In this document: positions 23,926 to 36,222 of the stretch, one piece after another | How the letters are laid out: the number at the start of each line of letters is the position of its first letter | Position numbering within the stretch: the first letter of the stretch is position 1 | Origin: Chiloscyllium plagiosum | Lineage: Eukaryota | DNA: 50,147 bases | Assembly: GCF_004010195.1 (NCBI RefSeq) | Contig: NC_057752.1 | Coordinates: 14,675,289-14,725,435 of the forward strand | Reading direction: 5' to 3' | Made by a program: the position numbers and the translations under genes | Notes under the pieces: model-generated | Databases searched by the model: none | What the model was told of the DNA's origin: nothing | What the model saw: only the letters and a program-made list of their open reading frames with translations

Positions 23926-25629
23926 CCAGCGTTTATTGCCCATCCAAAGTTGCCCTTGAGAACATGGTGGTGAGCTGAAAGGAAATTATCAAATTGAGTC
24001 TCTCAGTTATTTCTGCTGTGCATTCACCCACAATGCTGTTAGGGAGGGAATTCCAAGATTATGACCCTGAAACAGTGAGGGAACGGATAGGAACTTGCAT
24101 GTGGTGGTCTTCCCATGAATCTGCTGCCCTTGTCCTTCTAGGTGGAAATGGTCATGGGTTTTGAAGGTGTTGTCTGAGGATCTTTGGTGAATTTCTGCAG
24201 TACATCTTATAGATAGAAAACACTGCTGATCTGATGGTCAGTGGTCGATGTGGATGTTTGTGGACATGGTGTCAATCAAGCGGCTGCTTTTTCCTGGATG
24301 GTGTCGAGCTTATTGAGTGTTGTTGGAGCTGAACCGATCAAGGCAAGTGGGAAGTATTCCATCACTGTCCTGCACTGCACCTTATAGATGATGGATCGGC
24401 TTTGGGGAATTAGGAGGTGAGTTATACCCCCCACTGTATTCCAAGCCTCTGACTTGCTCTTGTAGCCAGTGTGTTTATGTGGCTCGTCCAGTTGAGTTTC
24501 TGGTCAATAGTAATCCCTAGGATGTTGATAGTTGGGGATTCAGTGATGGTAACACTGAATGTTAAGGCTAGGTGATTAGACTGTGTCTTTTTGGTGATGC
24601 TCATAGCCTGGCCACGAATGTGTGGCACAAATGTTACTTGCCACGTGTCAGCCCAAGTCTGGATATTGTCCAGATCTTGTTGTATTTAAACTGCTTAAAC
24701 TGCTTCAGTATCTGAGGAGCTGTGAAGGTGCTGAACATTAAACAATCATCAGCGATCATCCCCACTTCTGACCTTATGATGAAGAGAAGGTCATTGATGA
24801 ATCAGCTAAAGATAGTTTGCCTAGAACACTACCCTGAGGAACTCCTGCAGAGATGCCCTGGAGCTGAGATGACTGACCTTCAGCAACCATGACCATCTTC
24901 CTTTGTTCCAGGCGCAACTCCAACCAGCAGAAAGCTTCCACTTGATACCCATTGATTCCTGTTTTGCTAGTGTTCCTTGATGCCACATTCAGTTGAAAGT
25001 AGCCTTGATATGAAAGGCTATCATTCTCTGAATTGGTCTTCTGTCCATGAAACAAGGCTGTAATGAGGTTAATAGTTGAGTGACCCTGGTGGAATGCAAG
25101 CTGGACGTCACTGAGCAGGATATTGCTGAGCAGGTGCTATTTGATAGTACTGTTGGTGACATCGCTTTCCTGATGATTGAGAGTGGATTGATGGGGTCGT
25201 ATTGGCTGGGTTGGATATTTCCTGCTTTTTGTGCACAAGGCATACACGAAAAACTTTTCACATTTGCAGCTCAACGCTAGTGTTGTAACTGTACTGGAAT
25301 AACTTGGTGAGGGGAGCAGCAAGTTCTGGAGCACAAGTCTTCAGTACTATTGGTGGAATTTTGTTAGGGGCTATAGCCTTTGCAGTATCCAGTGCTTCTA
25401 TCTGTTCCTTGAAATTATGTGAGGTGAATTGAATTGGCTGAAGACTAAGATCCATAATGCTGGGGACCACAGGAAGAGGCTGAGATGGGTCATCCACTTG
25501 AGATTTCTGGCTGAAGATTGCTGTGAAAGCGTCAGCCTTATCTTTTGCACTGATGTGCTGGGCTTTACCATCGTTAAGGCTGGAGATATTTGTGAAGCCT
25601 TATCCTCCAGTGAGTTGTTTAATTCATTG

Positions 25630-25952
25630 CAGAATCCCTACAGTGTGGAATCAGGCCATTCTGCCCATTGAGTCAACACTGACCCTCCAAAGAGCAGCCC
25701 ACCCATACCCAGCCCCTATCCTATTCTTGTAACTGCACATAGCCCATGGCTAATCCACCTCACCTACACATCCCTGGACGCTATGGGCAATTTAGCATGG
25801 TCAATCCATCTAACCTACACATTTATGTACTGTGGGAAGAAGCTCACGCAGACACAGGCAGAATGCATGCACTACAAGCAGACAGTTGCCTGAAGCTGGA
25901 ATCAAACCCGGGTTCCTGGTACTGTGAGGCAGCAGCTAACTACTGAGCCACC
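25630..25952 (-). mobile_element. HE1-like SINE
   Basis: Diverged copy with the same head, core and tail. Confidence 0.85.
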
Positions 25953-26181
25953 ATTATTCACGGCTGGATATGGCAGGACGTCTCAGTTTAAATCTAATCT
26001 GTTGTTTGTGATCTCGGTTAGCTCTGTCTATCACTTGCTGGTACACATTTAGCCTTGTTTCATAATTTCATCAGGTTGACATCTCATTTTCAGTTGTGCG
26101 TGATGCTGCTCCTGGCATACCCTCTTGCAGTCTCCATTGAACCAGGGTGATTCCCTGGCGTGATGATAATGGTTGAGTTAG

Positions 26182-26515
26182 TTTTTTTTTTATTCATTCA
26201 TGAGATGAGGGTATCACTGACTAGAACAGCACTTATTGCCCATCCCTAATTGCCCACAGCCAAGTTAAGAGTCAACTATATTGCTGTGGCTCTGGAGTCA
26301 CATGTAGGCCAGACCATGTAAGGATGGCAGTTTTCTTCCTTAAAGAACATCAATGAACCAGGTGGATCTTTCTGATAATCGGGCATCTCTGCAGTCTAAT
26401 TTCCAGAATTTCATTAAATTCAAATTGCACCATCTGCCATGGTGGGATTTAAACCCAGGTCCTCAAAACATTAGCTGGTTTCTGCAATAATCGTCTAGTG
26501 GTAGCCACTAAGCCA
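26182..26515 (-). mobile_element. Second tRNA-derived SINE family
   Basis: Reverse strand has a GGTTTAAATCCC B-box-like motif and a 3' end GGGATGGGCAATAA...TGAATGAATAAAAAA shared with the LINE end at 23720-23960. Confidence 0.7.
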
Positions 26516-26544
26516 ACCCCCACCTTCACCAATTGATCTTATTC

Positions 26545-27615
26545 ATAGAGTATACAAGAGTTCATTCGATCCATTGAGACTGTACCGCCAAAAGTATATG
26601 TCCACACACACTAGTCCCGCTTTCCTGCACTAGGTAAATTATGAAACCCTCAGCCACACAAGATTATGACACTTCAGGTGCTTATGATTAGATTAGATTA
26701 CTTACAGTGTGGAAACAGGCCCTTCAGCCCAACAAGTCCACACCAACCCGCCAAAGCACACCCACCCAGACACATTCCCCTATATTTACCCTTGCACCTA
26801 ACACTACAGGCAATTTGGCTTGGCCAATTCACCTAACCTGCACATTTTTGGATGTGGGAGGAAACCAGAGCACCCGGAGGAAACCCACACAGACACCACA
26901 CAGTCAGTCGCCTGAGGCGGGAATTGAACTCGGGTCTCTGGTGCTGTGAGGCAGCTGTGCTAACCACTGTGCCGCCCATAAAGTATGTTTTGAAGGTTGT
27001 GAGTTTTCCTCCCTCAACTACATTCCCAGACAGTGTATTCCAGACCTTGTCCACCATCTGGGTGAAGAAGACTTTCCTCTAATCTCCTCTGAACCTCCTG
27101 CCTTTCACTTTAAAGTTATGCCCTATTTAATGACCCTTTGACTGAGAGGAACAGCTGCTTTCTATTCATTCTGCCCATGTCCCTGATAATCTTGTGCACC
27201 CCAATCTTCTCTGCTCAAAACAAAGCAACAATTGTCACTCTACACATCTGGAATTCATCTCAGGCAACATCCTGGTAACTTTCCTTTGCATCCCCTCCAT
27301 AGTAATTCCATCCTTCCTTTGGTGTAGAGACCAAAACTGCACAAAGTTGTCCAGCTGTGACCTAACCAAATTTTTGTCTGCAACATAACTAACCATCTCT
27401 TGTAAACTCTGCCTCAACTGAAAAATGCAAGCATCCCATCTGTTACTTAACTCACCTATTAACCTGTCCAGCCACCTTGAGAGATCTTTGGACAAGCACA
27501 CCACACTCTGTTCCTTTGAGTTTCCTAGTGTTCTCTTATTCATTGAGCACTTCCTTGTCTTGCTACCTCTTCCAATATGCATTATCTCACATTTATGAGG
27601 ATTAAATTCTGTCAC
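26545..27615 (-). mobile_element. Old CR1 3' fragment
   Basis: EFNPHKCEIMHIG, VQFWSL, QRKVTRMLP; interrupted by a SINE. Confidence 0.8.
26687..26977 (-). mobile_element. HE1-like SINE
   Basis: (GATTA)n tail and conserved body. Confidence 0.9.
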
Positions 27616-28178
27616 TGACCTCTCTTCCTTTCATTCACTTTGCCTACCTGCCTTGCATCAGACTCACTTTTCTTTCCTTCTCTCATATGCCCTGCCTGCC
27701 TTCCTCAATTTTTTTCTCAAGTTCACGCTCACCCTCTCCTCCTCTTCATTCTGCCCCTTGCTCAGTTCTTTTCTCCCTCTCAATCAATTTCTTTCTGATT
27801 TCTCTGTCTTTCACTATTTCTGACAATCTCTCTATGTCTCTCTTTTTAAAATGTCTCAACTTATTTCTATATCCCTCGATTCCACAGGTTCCCCCCCCCC
27901 CCCCCCCCCCCCCCCCACCNNNNNNNNNNATCCATCTGTCTGGCCATCTCTTTCCATCCCTCTCTTTCTCTATCTATTTCTATCCCTTCCACTTTAGAAA
28001 CACATGCTAACAGTTCCTATTCAAACTAATTTTTTCCATGTGACTAACTCTAACCCATATAATTTATTCACCAATAGTCACTGACTGGTCTGTAATAGCT
28101 GTGCTTGACTTCACAATCCTTTGTCAAGTCTCCATTTCCAGATGGTGCAAGTCTTCAGCCTTCTGGCACCTCTCCCGA

Positions 28179-28678
28179 NNNNNNNNNNNNNNNNNNNNNN
28201 NNNNNNNNNNNNNNNNNNNNNNNNNNNNNNNNNNNNNNNNNNNNNNNNNNNNNNNNNNNNNNNNNNNNNNNNNNNNNNNNNNNNNNNNNNNNNNNNNNNN
28301 NNNNNNNNNNNNNNNNNNNNNNNNNNNNNNNNNNNNNNNNNNNNNNNNNNNNNNNNNNNNNNNNNNNNNNNNNNNNNNNNNNNNNNNNNNNNNNNNNNNN
28401 NNNNNNNNNNNNNNNNNNNNNNNNNNNNNNNNNNNNNNNNNNNNNNNNNNNNNNNNNNNNNNNNNNNNNNNNNNNNNNNNNNNNNNNNNNNNNNNNNNNN
28501 NNNNNNNNNNNNNNNNNNNNNNNNNNNNNNNNNNNNNNNNNNNNNNNNNNNNNNNNNNNNNNNNNNNNNNNNNNNNNNNNNNNNNNNNNNNNNNNNNNNN
28601 NNNNNNNNNNNNNNNNNNNNNNNNNNNNNNNNNNNNNNNNNNNNNNNNNNNNNNNNNNNNNNNNNNNNNNNNNNNNNN
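28179..28678. other. Assembly gap (500 N)
   Basis: Exactly 500 N. Confidence 0.99.
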
Positions 28679-29607
28679 AGGATGTGGTCCAGAGTCGGAC
28701 TTGTCCTAGTGAGGATTTGGTGCAATGTAGGATTTGGCCCACTATAGGAAGTGGCCCAATGTTGGACCTGGCCCAGAGTAGGACCTGGCCCAGTGTCAGA
28801 TAGGTCCACTGTAGGATGTGGCACAGTGTAAGGTGTGGCACAGTGTAAGGTGTGGCTCAGTGTTGGATCTGGCCAATAGAGGGTGTAGCTTAGTATCAGA
28901 TGTAGCTCAGAGTAGAACCTGGCCCACTGAAGGATGTGGGCCAGTTCAGAATATGTCTCAGTGTAGGACCTGGTCCAGAGCACTACCTGGCCCAGTATAG
29001 GATGTGGCCCAGAGAAAGGCATGGCCTGGAGTAGAACAAGTCTCAATATAGGATGTAGCCCAGAGCAGGACATGTCCCAATGCAGGATGTGGCCTGGAGG
29101 ATGGTATGCAGAGTAAGATGGGTTCACTGGAGGACCTGGCCCAGTGCAGCACTTGGCCCAGTGTTGGATTTGGTCCATTAAATGGTGTCACTTGGAGTAG
29201 GACCTGGCCCAATAGAGGATGTGGCCCAGAGTAAGACCTGGCCCAAGAGGATCTAGTCCAGATTAGGACTTGTTCCAGTGCAGTATGTGGCCCCTATGCG
29301 GTTCAGTGTCAGATATAGCCCAGAATAGCACCTGGCCCAGTGTAGGACCTAGCCCAGAAGACAATGTGGCCCAGAGGAGGATTTGGTCGAGTGCATGTTC
29401 CCGGGTAGAATGTGGCCCCAAAAGGGATGTGACCCAGAGTAGGTTGAGACCTGTACAGAGTGTGGCCCATTGTTAGGATGTGATCCAATCAATACTGTGG
29501 GTCAGTGTCGGATGTTGTGGCCAAGTGTAGGGTGTGGCCCAGAGTAAGACCTGGCCCAGTGAAGGACATGGCCCAGAGTAAGGTGTGGCTCAGAGTAGGA
29601 TGTGGCA
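28679..29607 (-). repeat. 17-bp minisatellite array (plus strand TGTAGGATGTGGCCCAG / AGTAGGACCTGGCCCAG)
   Basis: About 50 degenerate 17-bp units; reverse orientation relative to 44179-48583. Confidence 0.92.
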
Positions 29608-29612
29608 AGTGA

Positions 29613-29692
29613 TTTCAAATAAACCTGTTGGACTATAACCTGATGTCATGTGACTTTTGACCTTGTCCACCCAAGTCCAACAAAGGCACTTC
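29613..29692 (+). mobile_element. Family-A Penelope terminal fragment
   Basis: CAAATAAACCTGTTGGACTATAACCTG..AGTCCAACA matches 1613-1680. Confidence 0.8.
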
Positions 29693-30061
29693 ATATCCCT
29701 GCAGGAGCTGCTGTTCTCTGCAGTGTATACGAGGACTGCTGTTCTCTACGGTATACACAGAATGAGTTTCCATGCACATTTCCCCTTCATTATCAAGATC
29801 ACCCATTTCTAACTCAGTATCGTCATCCAACTCTACCCTACTCATCACATCTACTGCTAAAACTGTCTTTTGTCACCTCTCGGGAATAAACAATGCTAAC
29901 ACATGCCACCCAGATCTCCTACAAACCTCCCTGTAACCTTGAGCTCATCCAAGACTCTGCTCCCCATTGACTTACTTGCATAAAGTCTTGTTCACCCAAC
30001 AACTCCTGTGCTTGCTGATACACAAAGGCTCCTGCTTCAAATGGACCGACATTTTAAAGTT

Positions 30062-30312
30062 AAACAGAAATTGCTCGAAGAACTCAACTGGTCTGGCAGC
30101 AGCTGGGGAGAGAAACCAGGGAAAAGTTTTAAGGTCATTGCTGCTTTTTTAGAATTAATTTTGATTCTCCACTGTTCTTTATTTTAGTTTACCAATATTC
30201 TGAAGCTGCATTCCTGCTTTCTGATGAAGGGTGACTCTACCGAAACTTTGACTCTACTTTCTCTCCAGAGATGCTGCCACACCTGCTGAGTTTCTCCAGC
30301 AATTTCTATTTG
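30062..30312. mobile_element. Family-C Penelope-derived inverted-repeat element
   Basis: AAACAGAAATTGCT..TCTGGCAGCA versus GATGCTGCCA..CCAGCAATTTCT inverted ends with an internal hammerhead. Confidence 0.7.
30218..30252 (+). ncRNA. Hammerhead ribozyme motif, family C
   Basis: CTGATGA-AG-GGT gactct ACC-GAAA-CT-TT; both core boxes present, stem III palindrome altered (ACTT instead of ACGT). Confidence 0.6.
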
Positions 30313-31036
30313 GGTTCCTGTTTTCTTTGCTGGTTATGATCATCTCTATCTCTGATCTCTTCTGGCCCAGTGTAGGGTGTGACATTTAGAAACAGTCAAC
30401 AGAAGTCAGAATAAAAGACATAACCTCATAAGAAACGCGCAGTGTAAAATTTAAAGAAAGCGAGACAATTGCAGAGAGGTGATCTGATAAAGGTGAGGAA
30501 TGAATGAGCATAGATTCAGATCCACAGGAAAGGAGCTATACTAACTCCAGAACCATGGAACATCTCAGAGACAGAGCAGCACAGAACTAAAATCTCAAAA
30601 TTGTTCAACTGACTCGCCTCTGAAACAACTTGATGTTTTAATTTGAAAATCTCCTGCTGACATTTGCAACTGGGAAGATATCAGAAGCACTGCACTCAGA
30701 GAAAAAAATCGTACAGTTGAGGAAATATCTGGGGATGAGGTGATAGCTCTGCGCAGCCCCCTTGAACATCCTTTTAAATAAGTTTCAAAATTCGATCACT
30801 GTGAACCAAGGATAAACAATCAGAAGAAACAAATACTTCTCTTGGTTTGACTTTGCTGGGTGTAAAACCACCCTTTCAAAACCCTTGGGAAAGGAGTTTT
30901 AAAAATCTATCACCCTGAGTTCAGGATAGAAATTCACATTATTCCCACCTCCTGCCCAGGATGACCATGCGTGCTCTCGACTGCAAATTACCCCTTAGCA
31001 TTGTCAGCAGTCTCTCACCTTGACAATGATGACTAT

Positions 31037-31350
31037 GATTAGATTAGATTCCCTACAGTGTGGAAACAGGCCCTATGGCCAACAAGTCCACACCGACCCT
31101 CTGAAGAGTAACCCACCCAGACCCATTACCTGACTAATGCAACTAACACTATGGTCAATTTAGCATGGCCAATTCACCTGGCCGCATATCTGTGGATTGT
31201 GGGAGGAAACTGGAGCACCTGGAGGAAACTCACGCAGACACGGGGAGAATGTGCAAACTCCACACAAAACAATCACTCAAGGCAGGAATTGTACCTGGGT
31301 CCCTGGTGCTATGAGGCAGCAGTGCTAACCACTGAGGCACCGTGCTGCCC
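31037..31350 (-). mobile_element. HE1-like SINE
   Basis: (GATTA)n tail and conserved body. Confidence 0.9.
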
Positions 31351-31547
31351 CAAGGTACTTCAGGATCATGAGTTCCGGTTCTTTTTGTGATGGAAAGAAC
31401 GAGTGGCTCTTCCAAACAAGCCAAAGAAACACAATCTCCACAATAAATATAACTACAGTTCACAAATATTGTGTTAACCTGTTTCCATGCTATAGATTTC
31501 CCAGCGTGGTATGGTGTGGTGTCCTTCCTGCAGCAGCCTCACAACAT

Positions 31548-31722
31548 ACACTGACAGACCTGCCCCATCAGAGCTGTACTCCAGTGTTATATAATGTCAG
31601 ACCTGTACCTACTTGCACTGTGCCCCAGTGGTATGCAGTGACAGACCTGTCCTCACCAGTACTGTACCCCAGTGTTATACAGGAACAGACCTGTCCTCAC
31701 CAGTACTGTAACCTCAGTGTGA
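31548..31722 (+). repeat. ~44-bp minisatellite, 4 units
   Basis: CAGACCTG anchors with units starting at 31554, 31597, 31641 and 31685; consensus ACAGACCTGTCCTCACCAGTACTGTACCCCAGTGTTATACAGTG. Confidence 0.85.
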
Positions 31723-31828
31723 TGTTGTAAGTGATCAGAATTAATGATACGTGCAACTGTATAGATGCAAAAGACAGGTGAAAGTACGGACTACAATGGG
31801 AACAAGAAACAAGGTGATTTGATTTTCA

Positions 31829-31972
31829 GAAGAGGGCGAGAGAGAAAGGGGAGAGGGAAGAGGGAAAGAGGTGGGTGAGAGAGATGGGGAGAGAGGGAGG
31901 GAAGGGGAAGGGGGAAAGAGAGGGGTAGAAAGAGGAGGAGATAGAGTTGAAGTTAGAGAGACAGAGAGAGAG
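31829..31972. repeat. Purine-rich (GA) low-complexity tract
   Basis: Direct inspection. Confidence 0.85.
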
Positions 31973-32856
31973 TGTCAGGCAAGTCTTTGTGTGGTCTGTC
32001 AATGTTCAGTTCTGTGTGTACAGTTGACATTTCTTTCTCAAGTACAAGACCCCTCCCAGATCTCTAAAACTCCCTCTAGTAGACTGTCTGTAATGGTCTA
32101 CAGCTCCTTCCTGCAATTCCTCACGATATCTTTTACGATATCTCAGTCCTCAATTCCCCACTGCCCTGTCAATCTCCACAACATCTCAAATCCCTGTGAC
32201 ACTTTGCACCTCTATAACTTCTTTACAATGCGCCTTATATTTGAAATTGCCTCCATGCCCTCTATATCTCTTTCGCTTCCTCCAACACATATTCCTCTCC
32301 CTACCTCTGGAAACCCCTCCAGTCATAACAATTTGTACTGGCTTTGTAAGGTCATTCAGGCTTTTATCTCTCTCCGTATCCATGTCACCACTTTCAGCAC
32401 CTAAAACTCTCCCTGTTTCTATCATCTCATTAAACTCTAAAATTTTCTCCTTCTTCAACGTCTCCTCCTGTTACTGGAACCCCTGCTATCACTTTAACAC
32501 CTGCAGCTCAAACAAATTTCCCTTTCTCTTTATACCATCAAGTGGTAACAATGCTCCTAATTCTGCAATATCCTCTAATCCGTACAGCTCCCCTCGTGTT
32601 CTTGCAGCCTGTACAACCATACCAAACATTTGTACAAGCCTCCTCACTGCTGTTGCCTCCTTCAGACCAAATAGTCTTCATGACCTGTAACATTTTCCAG
32701 TCCCAGCAACCCTCTCTTCCTCATTTGTAGCTGCGTTGAACCCTTCAGCCATTGTCCTTCTTCCTTTAACCTGCTTCTGCATATCTTCCATGGAATTTCC
32801 TTCACCTCTCACAACCTCCCTCTATCCCTGTAGCACTTTCCATCTTTTACAATCCT

Positions 32857-35800
32857 CACAGAGTCATAGAATCCTAAAGCTTGGAGACAGGCCTTTCAGC
32901 ACAAACCTGTCCTGGCTGACCAAAATGTCCATCCACAATAATCCCATTTCCCGACACTTGGTCCATGCCCTTCGAAACCTTTCCTATCCATATATTTGTC
33001 CAAATGCCTTTTAAATGTTCTTAATGTAACTGCCTCAACCACTTCCACTGGCAGCTCATTCCATATGCATAACACACTCTGTGTAAAAATGTTGTCCCTG
33101 AGGTTCCCTTTTATTCTTTCCCGTCTAATCTTAAACTGATGCCCTCTAGTCCTCTACTCCCCAGTTCTGGGTAAAAGACTGCATGCATTCACCCTATCTA
33201 TGCCTCTCATGATCTTTTACACTTCTAGAAGATCCCGCCTAAGTCTCCTATGGTCAAAAGAAAAATGTCCGAGCTTGTCAGAACTCTCCCTATAACTCAG
33301 ACCCTTGAGTCCTGGCAACATTCTTGCAAATTTCTTCTGCACTCTTTCCAGTTTAATATAGTAAGTCACCAAAATTGAACACAATACTCCAAGTGCAGCC
33401 TCACAAATGTCCTGTATAACTGCAACATAACTTACAGGGTAGCTAGAAAAGAACTCAAAAATGGACCAAGGAGAGCTAGGAGGGGGCATGAAAAAACCTT
33501 GGCGGAAAGGATTAGGGAAAACTCCAAGGCGTTCTGCACTTACACGAGGAATAAGAGAATGATCAGAGACAGGGTAGTGCTGATCAGAGATAGTGGAGGG
33601 AACTTCTTCCTGGAATTTGAAGAGGTGGGGAAGGCCCTAAGTGGATTTTTGCCTCAGTATTCATGAGAGATAGGGACCTTGTTGATAGTGAGAGTACCAT
33701 GGACGAGGTTAATAGGCTTAAACAGAGTGATATTAAGGAATGTGCTGGAAATTCTGGGAAACATCAAGATAGATAAGTCCCCAGGGCCGGACCAGATATA
33801 TCCAAGGTTACTACGGGAAGCGAGGAATGAGATTGCTGTGCCTCTGGCGATGTTCTTTGCTTTCTCTATCTCCATGGGAGAAATATCAGTTGATTGGAGA
33901 GAGGTGAATATTGGCCCTCTGTTCAAGAGAGGGACTAGGGAAATCCCTGGGAATTACAGACCAGTCAGTCTTACATCTGTGGTAAGTAAGGTACTGGAAA
34001 GGATTGTGAGAGATAGGATTGATGACTATTTGGAAACTCGTAGTTTGATTAACGATAGTCAGCATGGTTCTGTGAGGGGCAGGTCATGCCTCACAGGCCT
34101 TATTGAGTTCTTTGACGATGCGACGAGACAAGTTGACAAAGGTCGAGTAGTGGATGTGGTGTATATGGATTTCAGTAAGGCATTTGATAAGGTTCCCCAT
34201 GGTACACACATTCAGAAAGTTAGGAGATATGGGATACAGGGAAATTTGGCTGTCTTAATACAGAATTGGCTGTCCGAAGAAGACAGTGAATGGTAGTGGA
34301 TAGAACGTATTCCGCCTGGAGGTCGGTGTCCAATGGTGTCCCACAGGGATCTGCTCTTGGGCCTCTGCTGTTTGTAGTTTTTATAAATGACTTGGATGAG
34401 GAAGTGGAAGGGTGGGTTAGTAAGTTTGCCGATGACACAAAGGTCGGTGGTGTTGTAGATAGTGTCGAGGGCTGTTACAGGCTACAAGACATTGACAGGA
34501 TGCAGAGCTGGGCTGAGAAGTGGCAGATGGAGTTCAACCTGGATAAACGCGAACTGATTCATTTTGGAAGGTCGAATTTGAGTGCTGAATACAGCATTAA
34601 AGACAGGATTCTTGACAGTGTGGAGGAACAACTGGATGTTGGGGTCCACGTACATAGATCCCTCAAAGTTGCCAACCAAGTTAATAGGGTTGTTAAGAAG
34701 GCGGATGATGTTTTGGCTTTCATTAACAGGGGGATTGAGTTTAAGAGCCGTGAGGTTTTGCTGCAGCTCTGTAAAACCCTGGTTCGACCATGCTTGGAAT
34801 ATTGTGTTCAGTTCTGATCACTTCATTATAAAAAGGATGTGGAAGCTTTAGAGAGGGTGCAGAGGAGATCTACCAGGATGCTGCCTATACTGGAGGGCTT
34901 GTCTTATGAAGAAAGGTTGAGTGAGCTCGAGCTTTTCTCACTGGACAGAAGGAGGAAGAAAGGTGAATTGATAGAGGTATACAAGGTAATAACAGGCATT
35001 GAAAGAGTAGATAGCCAGAGACTTCCCCAGCGCAGAAATGGGTATCATGGAGGGGCATAATATTAAGGTGATTGGAGGAAGGTATAGGTATGATGTCAGA
35101 GGTGGGTTCTTTATGCAGAGAGCAGTGGTGCATGGAATGCACTGCCAGTGGTAGTAGTATAGTCAGAGACATTAGGAACATGTAATTGACTGTTGGACAA
35201 GCACATGGATGGCAGTAAATTGGGGAGGGTGTAGGTTTGGTTGACCTTAGATGAAGATAAATGCTCGGCACAACATCGTGGGCCAAAGGGCCTGTACTGC
35301 TCTATGCCCTATGTTCTGTTCTAACTCCCAACTTCTCTACTCAATGCCCTGACTGATGAAGGCCAGTATGCCAACAGCTTTCTTCACTGCCCTGTCTACC
35401 TGTGACTCCACTTTCAGAGAACCATGCACCTGAACTCCAAGGTCCCTCTATTCCACCACATCCTTAAGGCCCTACCATTGACCAAGAAACTCCTACCTTG
35501 ATTTGACTTTCCAAAATGCATGTCCTCATACTTAGCAATATTAAACTCCATTTGACATTTCTCAGCCCACTTCCCCAGCTGATCAAGGTCCTGCTGCAGT
35601 TTCTGATAACCTTTCTCACTGTCCACAATACTCTCTATTTTAGTGTCATCAGCAAACTTAATAATCACGCCTTGTACATTCTCACCCAAATCATTGACAT
35701 CGATAACAAAGGTAACAGTTCCAGCACTGACCCGTGAGGCACTCCACTAGTCACAGGCCTCCAGTCCAACAAGCATCCTTCTACTATTACCCTCTGCTTC

Positions 35801-36222
35801 CTTCCATCAAGCCAATTGTGGATCCAATTTGCCAGCTCCCCCTGGATTCCAGGCGATCTAACCTTCCAGAGCCACCAGCCACGTGGAACCTTATCAAAGG
35901 TCTTAATGAAATTCTTGTAGATCATCTCGACAACCCTGCCCTCATCAATTTTCCTGGTCACTTCATCAAAGAACTCGAGCAAATTTATGAGGCATGATCT
36001 CGCACACGCAAAGACATGCTGCCTACTCCTCATCAACCCCTGTCTTTCTAAATGCATGTATATCTTCTCCCTCAGAATCTTCTCAAGTAATTAACCTACC
36101 ACAGATGAGTTCCCAGGTTTTTCTTTGCAGCCGTTCTTGAATAAGGATACAGCATTCACTATCCTCCAGTCTTCCGGGACCTCACCCATGGCTAACAATG
36201 ATGCACATATATCAGCCTGGGC
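32857..36222 (-). mobile_element. CR1 LINE (RT to 3' tail), split by an oppositely oriented CR1
   Basis: 3' part 32857-33432 and RT part 35323-36222 (KFADDTK, GVPHGSVL) rejoin across a short TAACT duplication. Confidence 0.88.
33433..35322 (+). mobile_element. 5'-truncated CR1 LINE nested in another CR1
   Basis: ORFs 33679..34296 and 34290..34817 (KSPGPD, NYRPVSLTS, YMDFSKAFDKVPH, SKFADDTK); CTATG tail. Confidence 0.93.

Larger units (their letters stand above)
23720..26180 (-). mobile_element. Second LINE family (CR1/Jockey group), RT region to 3' end, degenerate
   Basis: LDTAKAIAPNKIPPIVLKTCAPELAAPL, SAGVPQGSVLG, ILGITIDQKLNWTSHINTLATRASQRLG. Confidence 0.85.
29808..31035 (+). repeat. Local segmental duplication, copy 1 (L2 remnant + family-C hairpin + unique sequence)
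   Basis: Collinear with ~39431-40935, e.g. TTTGCTGGTTATGATCATCT, AACTCCAGAACCATGG, GATATCAGAAGCACTGC, AGTTCAGGATAGAAA; the L2-like LELIQ.SA..SPITPV..L frame is at the start. Confidence 0.88.

Noticed and set aside
27620..28010. Pro/Ser-rich ORF 27687..28010
   Set aside because: Pyrimidine-rich low-complexity DNA with a poly-C run and a 10-N gap.
28820..28850. CACAGTG heptamers as V(D)J recombination signals
   Set aside because: They are part of satellite units (and SINE heads elsewhere); I saw no correctly spaced ACAAAAACC nonamer or V/J segment.
35353..35375. CTGATGAAGGCC as another hammerhead
   Set aside because: It lies in antisense CR1 coding sequence with no stem II or downstream GAAA.
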